64,000 bases of DNA. Origin: Candidatus Hydrogenedentota bacterium. GTDB taxonomy: Bacteria; Hydrogenedentota; Hydrogenedentia; Hydrogenedentales; SLHB01. Within the stretch, counting starts at the first letter, position 1, and each line of letters starts with the position of its first letter. The stretch lies in NCBI GenBank assembly GCA_963674865.2, contig CAXXYE010000001.1:64001-128000 (forward strand). The letters are read 5' to 3'. Shown here piece after piece: positions 31,794 to 40,160 of this stretch. A program made the translations under genes and the position numbers. Below the pieces are notes generated by a model. That model searched no databases, had not been told where the DNA came from, and saw nothing but the letters and a program-made list of their open reading frames with translations.

Positions 31794-32333
31794 AATCCTT
31801 TTGATTACGCTTATCCTCGAGGTTCTGCGAGGCCTTGGAAATGGCGCAGTAATCGAGCTACGTGTCAACACAATGAGTACAACACCTTCCGAGCGGCAAG
31901 GTTCCCCAAGGGCTGTTCTTAGTCATGCAAGGTCCTTCACTACGCAGCCGCTCTATCACCAGAACAGCCCAATGAGGAGGTCACGAACACTCCTCGCTGC
32001 CCGTGGATACTGGCTGCGTGGGCCTGCGGGTGGTGGCGGTTGTTCCAGGTGTCGTTGTGGCGTAAGGTGCTGGCGCACAAGCGATTAGAGCCCTTGTCGT
32101 AAGGTTTGAGATAAAGGCATTTCTCATCAGGAGTTCGCTCCCTGCGTAGCGGGAAGCACGTCCAGGCTTTTTTATGAGGTGGCCGAGCACTGTACCGAGG
32201 CCCCCGCGCTTTCCTTGGACGGGCTGGTGAAAGTTGCCCGGAGTTGCGCCTTCCAACGATTCATTCAGAGCGTGGGCGGGCATGTGCTACATTGTTGAGG
32301 ATGCATCGCCGACTTCCTATGGGGAGAATTGCA

Positions 32334-33575
32334 ATGAAAGCACGATCAGCCGTCCTGCTATCCGTTGTCTCACTTGCCCTCCTGTACGCTGCTTCCGCCG
32401 GCGCCCAGGAAACGCTCTGGTTCCAGGCTTACTCCTATGATGTCCCCGGTGAAGAGGACTACTACATCCAACTGGCCGACGCGTTCGCCCAGATTCCCGG
32501 CACCCCGCTCGTCCGCATCACCCTCGACAAGTGGGATCACGCCCACGAACAGATAGCCGCCTGGTTCGCCGGGGGGAAAGGCCCCGACCTCATCGTCATA
32601 CCTGATATCTGGCTCGCCGAGTTCGCCCCGCATATCGAGCCCCTCGACAACCTCGTTCCCAGTGGGCTAAGGGCCGATTTCTTTGAGATCCTCTACGACA
32701 AAGGCATCTACCACGGCAACCTTCTCGGCCTGGTATGGGCCACCTCCACGAAGGCGCTCTTCTACCGGAAAGACCTTTTCCGCGAGGCATCCCTCGACCC
32801 GCCCGGCACCTGGGCCGACCAACTCCGCGCCGCCGTCGCCCTCAACGACCCGCCCAACGTCTACGGCATTGGCTTGCCGGGCGCCCGCGAATACGAAACC
32901 GACGACAACTTTTTCTTCTACTTTTGGGCCGCCGGAGGGCGCTTCTTCGATGACGACGGCAAGTGCGCCATCAACAGCGAGGCGGGCGTCACGGCCCTCA
33001 CCTTCTACTGCGACCTCGTCAACAAGTACCACGTCACCCAGCCCGAGGTCACGTCGTGGAATCGAAAACAGACCCGCCGCCTCTTCGAGGCCGGTAAGCT
33101 CGCCATGTTCGCCACCGGCCCTTGGGGCGTCGAGCAACTCCGCAAGAACGCCCCCGGCGTCGAGTTCGGCGTCGTGCCCCTGCCCGCGGACAAAGAGCGC
33201 GTCACGCAGATCATCACCGACCACGTCGTCCTCGCCCGCTACTCGCCCCGGAAAGATCTCGCCGCCCGTTTCCTCGACTTCGCCTACCAGGATGAGCACC
33301 GGCTCGCCTTCGCCAAGCTCGGACTCCTGCCCGAGAAGAAGACCGTCGCTGCCGATGAACACTTCCAGAAGGACCCCGACTGGAAGGTGTTCATCGACGT
33401 GATTCCCGACGGCCACACCATCCCCCTCATTCACTGGGAACCCATCGGCACCGCCATCCGCGAAGCCATGTACCAAGCCCTCACCGGCCGCCAGACTCCC
33501 GAGCAGGCTCTGGATGACCTGGCGAAGAACATCGACGGAATTGTGGCGAAGGCCGGTAGTGAGAGTGCATCTTGA
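32334..33575 (+). CDS. ABC transporter sugar-binding protein
   Basis: Signal peptide ending AGA; GPDL, LFYRKDLF, FEAGKLAMF..GPW, TPEQALD. Confidence 0.92.
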   Translation: MKARSAVLLSVVSLALLYAASAGAQETLWFQAYSYDVPGEEDYYIQLADAFAQIPGTPLVRITLDKWDHAHEQIAAWFAGGKGPDLIVIPDIWLAEFAPHIEPLDNLVPSGLRADFFEILYDKGIYHGNLLGLVWATSTKALFYRKDLFREASLDPPGTWADQLRAAVALNDPPNVYGIGLPGAREYETDDNFFFYFWAAGGRFFDDDGKCAINSEAGVTALTFYCDLVNKYHVTQPEVTSWNRKQTRRLFEAGKLAMFATGPWGVEQLRKNAPGVEFGVVPLPADKERVTQIITDHVVLARYSPRKDLAARFLDFAYQDEHRLAFAKLGLLPEKKTVAADEHFQKDPDWKVFIDVIPDGHTIPLIHWEPIGTAIREAMYQALTGRQTPEQALDDLAKNIDGIVAKAGSESAS

Positions 33576-33730
33576 GGGCGACACCATAGTGGGCGATGTT
33601 GTGCGTAGGCCGAGTGAACGCCTGCTCGATTGCGCGAAGGAAGGCGCCTTTTGGGCCAGAAGACGGCATTTGTCAGCCACGCGATCCGCACTATCCAGTG
33701 GATTGCATCAGAAAGCGGGTCTTGGCTGTG

Positions 33731-33962
33731 TCCAGTGCCCTGAAAGGGCAAGGCATACCAGCCCGGCACAACGCGCTTGCGGGTCGGTGAAGAGGGCGCT
33801 CCTCTGATGAGGACGCATATGGTTGCTCTGGGAGCCATCGCTTGGCTCGACGAGCATATTGCCTTTTCCGGTGCCCTGAAAGGGCAAGACATACCAGCCC
33901 GGCGCAACGCGCCGGGAGAAGGTCGTAACAACAGAATGCAGCCCTGAAAGGGCGTGACAAGA
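33731..33962 (+). repeat. REP-like hairpin module, left of the transposase
   Basis: GCCCTGAAAGGGC at 33737, 33873 and 33941; CCCGGCGC-AAC-GCGCCGGG hairpin at 33898-33916. Confidence 0.85.
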
Positions 33963-33975
33963 CGGGGGAATCAAC

Positions 33976-34428
33976 ATGTCGCAGTCGCTATCTCGAGTGC
34001 TCCTTCATCTGGTGTTCAGCACGAAGAGCCGGCGGCGACTGATCTCGGAGTCAGTCCGCCCGCGCTTGCACGCGTATCTCGCGGGGGCGTGCCGTGCCAT
34101 CGGTAGTGAAGCGCTTCGGGTCGGTGGTACGGAGGACCACGTCCATATCGCGTGCACGCTGCCAAGAACGTTGACCGTGAGCGATCTGCTCGCCGAGGTG
34201 AAGAGGTCGTCGTCCGCTTGGATGAAACAGCAGAAAGACGGCTGCCCGGATTTCACGTGGCAGGCCGGCTATGGCGCGTTCTCGCTTGGCCAGTCGCAAT
34301 TGACGGCCATCGTACGGTACATAGACCACCAGGAGGAGCACCATCGGAGCCAGAGTCTCAAGGAGGAATTGCGGGAGTTGCTTCAAAGGTACGGCATTGC
34401 GCCAGATGAAGCACACCTATGGGATTGA
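33976..34428 (+). mobile_element. tnpA: IS200/IS605-superfamily Y1 (HUH) transposase, probably REP-associated (RAYT-like)
   Basis: HLVFSTK, HUH motif DHVH, WQAGYGAFS, catalytic YxxxQ (YIDHQ). 150 aa, no tnpB. Confidence 0.92.
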
Positions 34429-34437
34429 CCGGGGGGA

Positions 34438-34722
34438 TGTCACGCCCTTTCAGGGCTCATTCGTTGGTTTGACCCGGTTCCCACGGCGTTGCCGTGGGCT
34501 GATATGTCCCGCCCTTACAGGGCGGCGTCGCGGGCAAGAGCGTGTACCCGTGGGGGGGGAAGGCTTGCGGCGAGGCGAGGGCGAGATACGCGCATAGCGC
34601 CAGAACTGGGTGCCTTGCGGGACGAGGCGGGATTTGTGTCTCCCCCTTCCAGGATTTGTTTATCGGCCTGGCCCGATTCCCACGGCGTTGCCGTGGGCTC
34701 GTATGTCCTGCCCCTCCAGGGC
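34438..34722 (-). repeat. Two inverted REP-like modules right of tnpA (34438-34523 and ~34637-34722)
   Basis: TGTCACGCCCTTTCAGGGC is the exact reverse complement of 33941-33959. CCCACGGC-GTT-GCCGTGGG hairpins at 34480 and 34679. Confidence 0.85.
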
Positions 34723-34960
34723 AGTTTCGCAGCGTACCCAGGGGGGGCACTGCGGTGAGGCGAGGGTGCCTAGGCCGCGGCGCGGCTCGATGCGTGTGTT
34801 TCGCGGGACTGAGCTCCGTGCATGCCCCGCCCTTCCGGAGCGGTTTCGCAGAGAGAAGCGGAACGCGTCTGTCACTTGCGAATGCGGGTGGACTGTGCTT
34901 CTTCTCTGGCGGGCTTGGGCGTATTATCCCGGGCAGCATCTCTCTCTGGGCACCACGCCA

Positions 34961-35187
34961 TCCGGTGCCCTGAAAGGGCATTGCATACCAGCCCGGCACA
35001 ACGCGGGCTCGGTGCAGAGGGCGCTCCTCTGATGAGGCCGCATATGGTTGCTCCGGGCGCCATCGCTTGGCTCGACGAGCATATTGCCTTCTCCATTGCC
35101 CTGAAAGGGCAATGCATACCAGCCCGGCGCAACGCGCCGGGAAAACGTCGTAACAGCAGAATGCAGCCCTGAAAGGGCGTGACAAGA
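34961..35187 (+). repeat. Direct-repeat copy of the left REP module (33731-33962)
   Basis: Colinear near-identical copy including spacers (e.g. CATCGCTTGGCTCGACGAGCATATTGCC), with GCCCTGAAAGGGC at 34967, 35098 and 35166. Confidence 0.9.
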
Positions 35188-35240
35188 GATCCTGTCAGTA
35201 TCCGCCTTTCCGTCCGCCACAGACCGCAGCGCCCTCGAAT

Positions 35241-35681
35241 TCAGGCCCCACGCGTCGTGTCCTCAACACGAGCGTTGCCGTCTCGCCCGTGCGTCACGAT
35301 GACTCTGTTCTGCCTGTATTCCACGCACTTCTTCCGCCAGAATGGGAAGAAGAACAGGCCCGTCTCGCTGTCTTCTGTCCATTCGCCGTTCTCTTCTCTG
35401 CCTTCGACCGTCCACGAACAGGCCGTGTTGCCACGCTTCACCACCTTGAGGCGGCAGCAATCGCTGAAGCCGAAGGCAAAGGCCTCCAGGGCCTTGCTCT
35501 CTTCCCCAAACTCCTCGTGCCATCCGTCGAAGCCTACAGTGAATCCATGCCGATTCACTGTGAGCCAAACGGAGAAGCCGGATCCGCTGCGGGCGTCGAC
35601 GGTGATGGTTTTCCCTTTGACCCTGTAAGAGAGTTCGGGATGTGTCTCAAGTCTTTCTCTCACCTTGTCGATGGCGCTCAT
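35241..35681 (-). CDS. Hypothetical protein
   Basis: 146-aa ORF with globular composition and GGGAG upstream; no recognised motif. Confidence 0.65.
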   Translation of the reverse strand: MSAIDKVRERLETHPELSYRVKGKTITVDARSGSGFSVWLTVNRHGFTVGFDGWHEEFGEESKALEAFAFGFSDCCRLKVVKRGNTACSWTVEGREENGEWTEDSETGLFFFPFWRKKCVEYRQNRVIVTHGRDGNARVEDTTRGA

Positions 35682-35928
35682 TCTCGACTCCCGCAAACAA
35701 GACCGTGCCTCGTTCTGTCACGTCAAGATAATCCAGGTAGTGATGAAACGCAACGGAGATCCCTTGCGCTCCTCCTAGACTCTCGACCTTCTCAGATGCC
35801 GATTTGTGCACTCTCTTGTCACAGTCACTAGCATGCCCATTGACCTAACCTCGCCGGGCTTGGCATGCTGCTCATTGTTACTCGCCTTGGAGAGTGGGCG
35901 GCATAGCAACAAAGGATTCGCAATCAAC

Positions 35929-38112
35929 ATGATCCTGCACATTATGGTGGCGAATATGGCGGCGTTTGGGGCGCCGCCTGTGGTGGGCCTGGCCCAATGG
36001 ATGGGGCCGCAGGCGTGGACGCGTGACTTGGACGAGCCCGTCCTGGCGCTCGGCGACGCGGGCGCGTGGGATGACACGCACATCTTCGCGCCGTGTGTCG
36101 CTTTCGACGACGGCGAGTATCGGATGTGGTATCCGGGCTCTTCGGGCGCTGTGGCGGAGCGGATCTTCCGGCTCGGACTCGCCACGAGTGCCGACGGCGT
36201 CCATTTCGCGCGCCATCCCGACTCGCCGATATTCGCCTTCGGCGACGGCAAGCGCTCAGTGTTGACGCCGACGCTGCTGCGCCATCCCGATGGCACCGTC
36301 TGCCGTGAGGACGGCGCTCTTCGGCTGTGGTTCTCCGCCGCCGATCTCTCTGCCTCCGATGGCCTACACGCCCTCCACGAGACGCGCAGCGCGGACGGCC
36401 TCCATTGGGCCGCGCCGTCGCCCGCCCAGCTCGAGTATGTCTATGCCCCGACGATTATCAAGGAGGGCGACGTCTACCACCTCTGGTACACCGATGTGCG
36501 CCGCGAGCCGTGGACTATCCGCCACGCCCAGAGCACGGACGGCCGCGCCTGGCACGTGGACGACTACCCTTGCATCGAGATTGATCAAGGGTGGGAGGAG
36601 GGGCGCCTGTTCTATCCCTCCGTCGTCAAGGACGGCGACGCGTATCTCATGTGGTACGGCGCGTATTGGGCCGGGCACCCCCACAAGACCGCCCTGGGAC
36701 TTGCTGTCAGCGCCGACGGACGCGCCTGGCACAAGAACCCCTACAATCCGGTATTCCGGCCCGACCCGAGCCATTCTTGGGAGTCCCACTACACTACGAG
36801 CCAGTCCATCATGCGGGCCGAGGACGGCACCTGGCGCATCTGGTATGCCTCGCGCACGGCCCCGCCGCACGTGAACAAGTATTTCGCCATCGGGGCCGCG
36901 CACTGGGCCGGGCCGACGGCCCTCACCGGCCAGCCGTGGCCCGAGCGTGCCGTGGCGCTCCGCGCGCGCATGGCGGAGATTCTCACGTTCCCCAAGGATA
37001 AGGTTCCCCTCGCGCCGCAAACGCACCGCGAACGCGCGGGCGACGGTTTCCGTATCGAGTCCGTGAGCTACGCCGCCGAAGCCGGCTCCCGCGTCACGGC
37101 GCTGCTCTATCTGCCCGAGCCGACTGAGCGGCCCGTCCCCGCGGTGATTCTCGCTTGCGGCCACGGCGGCTCGAAATCCTGCCTCTACGCCCAGTACGCC
37201 GGCCAGTTGTACGCCAAACTCGGCTTCGCCTGCCTCGCCGTCGATACCATCGGCGAGGAGGAGCGGCATGTGGACGGCGGCATGGGCACACGCGCGCACG
37301 ACCTCTACAGCATGACTCTGGAAGAGCGCGTCGTCTTCGTCCAGAAGAAGCTCAAGCGCTCGATACTTGGCAAGATCGTGTGGGATCTCGCGCGCGGCGT
37401 CGATTATCTCCAGAGCCGGCCCGAGGTTGACCCCGAGCGCATCGGCGCGCTCGGCTACTCCTTGGGCGGGGCCTCGGCGGGGTCGTTGGCCATCCTCGAC
37501 GCGCGCATCCGCGCCGCCGTCCTCTGTGGCTGGGGCTTCATCCCAACTCTCGCCGTCTATGGGAAGGAATGCACCCGGCTGCCCTATGAGTCATTCGCGG
37601 CCATCATGGGCTGCGACGAGATGACCGCCCTGCTCGCGCCCCACTGCGCCGCGCTGTTTCTCTCCGGCGACAGCGACGCCATTATCGACGATGCCGAAGG
37701 CGGACCCGCGCTTGTCCGTCACGTCCGCGAAGGCGTGGCGTCGGCGTTGCGTATCCTTGAGCGGGCAGGCGTGAAAGGCGCGATTGAATGCCGCTTTGTG
37801 CCCGGCGCCGACCACCGGCCGCTCTTTCTCACTCCCGATGGCGTCCGTTGGATGCAAGGACGGCTTATGTCCGCCGAGGAGCGGCGGCCCCTTCCCGAGC
37901 GCGTCATCAAATTCGGCGATTGGGCCGATGCCCAAGGCCAGAGAATTGAGGAACTCTACGATACCGAGGCCCGCGAACGCGGCAACCTCGTCGTGGATAT
38001 CGGCGCCGTCCACCACGCCCCCCGCGATCTTGCCTGCTTTCCGGAGCAAGAGTGCCCCGCCCCCGAGTACACCTTCAAAGGGTGGGTAGACGCTGTCCTG
38101 GGCGGCGGCTAG
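35929..38112 (+). CDS. Fusion: five-bladed beta-propeller glycosidase-like domain (GH32/43/130 clan) + alpha/beta-hydrolase esterase
   Basis: Repeated P-x-V/I...Y-x-MWY...ATSADG/VSADG blades; then CGHGG, DTIGEEER and nucleophile elbow GYSLG. Confidence 0.8.
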   Translation: MILHIMVANMAAFGAPPVVGLAQWMGPQAWTRDLDEPVLALGDAGAWDDTHIFAPCVAFDDGEYRMWYPGSSGAVAERIFRLGLATSADGVHFARHPDSPIFAFGDGKRSVLTPTLLRHPDGTVCREDGALRLWFSAADLSASDGLHALHETRSADGLHWAAPSPAQLEYVYAPTIIKEGDVYHLWYTDVRREPWTIRHAQSTDGRAWHVDDYPCIEIDQGWEEGRLFYPSVVKDGDAYLMWYGAYWAGHPHKTALGLAVSADGRAWHKNPYNPVFRPDPSHSWESHYTTSQSIMRAEDGTWRIWYASRTAPPHVNKYFAIGAAHWAGPTALTGQPWPERAVALRARMAEILTFPKDKVPLAPQTHRERAGDGFRIESVSYAAEAGSRVTALLYLPEPTERPVPAVILACGHGGSKSCLYAQYAGQLYAKLGFACLAVDTIGEEERHVDGGMGTRAHDLYSMTLEERVVFVQKKLKRSILGKIVWDLARGVDYLQSRPEVDPERIGALGYSLGGASAGSLAILDARIRAAVLCGWGFIPTLAVYGKECTRLPYESFAAIMGCDEMTALLAPHCAALFLSGDSDAIIDDAEGGPALVRHVREGVASALRILERAGVKGAIECRFVPGADHRPLFLTPDGVRWMQGRLMSAEERRPLPERVIKFGDWADAQGQRIEELYDTEARERGNLVVDIGAVHHAPRDLACFPEQECPAPEYTFKGWVDAVLGGG

Positions 38113-38166
38113 GACCTCCGCTTTCCGGCACCGCGCGCTTAGAGTCGGGCTGGGAGGCTGTGCCCC

Positions 38167-38400
38167 CTAAGCCTTGTCGCACGGATCCTCAGGATACGCG
38201 AACGACATTACTCCTCTCCCCCCGCCAAGGAACCAGAGGCCGACGAACAGGGCCGGAATCCCAAAGAAAAAACCTTCGGCCGCCGCTGGCCCGCCAAAGA
38301 CCAGGCTGAGTGTCGCGGGATAGAGGTACTTCACGGCGCCCAGAATTATCAGTAGGCCTATTGTCCGCACCACAATACCGAAAACACTACGCTCTGTCAT
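38167..38400 (-). CDS. Small two-helix membrane protein
   Basis: 77 aa with two hydrophobic stretches; AGGAGG RBS. Confidence 0.65.
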   Translation of the reverse strand: MTERSVFGIVVRTIGLLIILGAVKYLYPATLSLVFGGPAAAEGFFFGIPALFVGLWFLGGGRGVMSFAYPEDPCDKA

Positions 38401-38457
38401 AGAGTCGCCTCCTCATTGCTAACCGAAAACACGCGATAGAGAACCACAAGTGCTCGT

Positions 38458-39918
38458 CTACGCCTGATCGCCTGGCCAGCATGGGCTCGACCAGGCCATG
38501 TTGCCCGTTTCCGTCGTGATTCGCACGTACACGAAGTCCTCAGGGCCCAGGGCCACCTGAACCTCCTGCCCTTCTATGACCCGCCTGTCTCCATCCGCGC
38601 GCAGTTTCTCCACATCGCTGCCGTTCACGACGACGGCCGCCTCGCGGATGCCTTCCTCCGAAGCCGCCGTCACGGACACCCGCTGCGCCTGCCCTTCCTG
38701 CTCCACGTGCACATCGAGGTAAATGCGTGTCTGCGTGGTGGCGTAGGTTCGATGGCTCTTGATGGCATCGAACACTGCATCCCGTGTTAGTGACGCAGCG
38801 AAGGCGGCCGTGTAACCGGCGGGCCAGGTGCGCGTGGGGGCGGGGGGATAACTCTCGTTGTGGAAGGCGTCGCCGGGCCGGCCATCGTGAATATCGCCCC
38901 CACCGACAAATCCCATTCGGTAACCTCTCCTCAACGCATCCACGACGTGCTGCCCGTCCACCTCCCCGCCGACGTGTTGGATGGCCATGGGATTGCCGTC
39001 CGCCGCGGAACGCTCGCTATTTCCCCAGACGGAGTGGATCTCAACGGCCTTCTCGTACTTCGGTTGCCACCCCAAAGACCAATCGACGCCCATCACCCGG
39101 TTGGCGCTGTGATGGGGGATGGCGATGGGATCCAGATGCTCCAGCTCGTCCAGCGCCCGCCACAGCTTCGGCAGCGTGTCATAGCGCGGATCCGTGCTGC
39201 GCAAGGCCGGACCCCCGGCGCCGCGGAAGTAGATGTTCCGGTGGCCGGGCTTGTGGTTCGTCCACTCCTGGCCGATGAGCGTCACGAAACGGCCCGGTTC
39301 ATTGTAGTCATTGGTGACTGCCTGGAAATACTCCCACTGGCGGTCGGTTACCGCCTCCATGTGATCCGTGATCGCCCCGAAGTCGAGGAAGCCCTCATCG
39401 CGCGCGAAGGCATACAGCTCCTCAGGACACCGGATGCCATCGCTGAAGTACGTCTGCCAGTGCGGATCGCCCCAGAAAATGCGCTCCCGCGGAGCGTTTT
39501 CGCTGACGAAAATCGGATTCGCCCAGCCTTCCGTCCCGGACGTTTCGTCGACGAGCCGGATGAAGTGGAATCCGGGCCGATCCAGCCGGAATCCCTCGAA
39601 CACTCGGATGGGCCGCGTGTCTCCAGGGAAAACGCCCTGCCGCGCCCCGTCAAACTCAAGCCGCGCTGGCCCCGATAGCGCCGCCCCGCCGTCCACGGTA
39701 AGCTCGCCGCGCCACTCGGGGAGGCAGTTGTCATGGTACTGAATCTGCCGCTGCACGTTCAGGTTATACGGCCCGTGCAGGGAAGGCTTGCGGGAGTTCC
39801 ACTGGCCCTGGCACGGAATGGCACGCAGCGGCCCCGTCACCTTGACCTTGAGGGCGAACGCCTCGCCCACCGCGACCCGCGAGGGCGCCGTGCAATGAAT
39901 CCGCTCAGGTTGTGTCAA
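38458..39918 (-). CDS. DUF3604 / PHP-like metallohydrolase
   Basis: WGDPHWQTYFSDG, ITDH, GQEW, IPHH, GGDIHDG. GGAGG precedes the TTG start. Confidence 0.8.
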   Translation of the reverse strand: MTQPERIHCTAPSRVAVGEAFALKVKVTGPLRAIPCQGQWNSRKPSLHGPYNLNVQRQIQYHDNCLPEWRGELTVDGGAALSGPARLEFDGARQGVFPGDTRPIRVFEGFRLDRPGFHFIRLVDETSGTEGWANPIFVSENAPRERIFWGDPHWQTYFSDGIRCPEELYAFARDEGFLDFGAITDHMEAVTDRQWEYFQAVTNDYNEPGRFVTLIGQEWTNHKPGHRNIYFRGAGGPALRSTDPRYDTLPKLWRALDELEHLDPIAIPHHSANRVMGVDWSLGWQPKYEKAVEIHSVWGNSERSAADGNPMAIQHVGGEVDGQHVVDALRRGYRMGFVGGGDIHDGRPGDAFHNESYPPAPTRTWPAGYTAAFAASLTRDAVFDAIKSHRTYATTQTRIYLDVHVEQEGQAQRVSVTAASEEGIREAAVVVNGSDVEKLRADGDRRVIEGQEVQVALGPEDFVYVRITTETGNMAWSSPCWPGDQA

Positions 39919-40160
39919 CGTGTTCCTCCGTGAATGTGTATGCCGCTACTTTGGAGGCCACATCCTAGACGCTCAGGCAGGCATTGTGCCAGCCTTCCTT
40001 AGCACTGTGCCCACCGCGGCGGGCGGCTCCTTCCGCCGCAGTGGCTCGACGGCCGCCGATAAAGGTTGACTGGCCCTTCTCGAAGGTGTGAGAGTGGGGG
40101 AGTGCAACGCAAGCGCGGGAGGCCGAAGAGACGCCCCCAATTCCAGGAGTACCACCCAAT

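Noticed and set aside
31981..32127. 48-aa Thr-rich minus-strand ORF as a peptide precursor or leader peptide
   Set aside because: Weak, distant RBS, no recognisable motif, and no modifying enzymes nearby.
33731..35187. CRISPR array
   Set aside because: Repeats occur in both orientations with irregular spacing, spacers are duplicated rather than unique, and there are no cas genes.
34457..35220. ORFs across the repeat region
   Set aside because: They are translations of REP modules and repeat the same peptide as the ORFs at 33431-33977.
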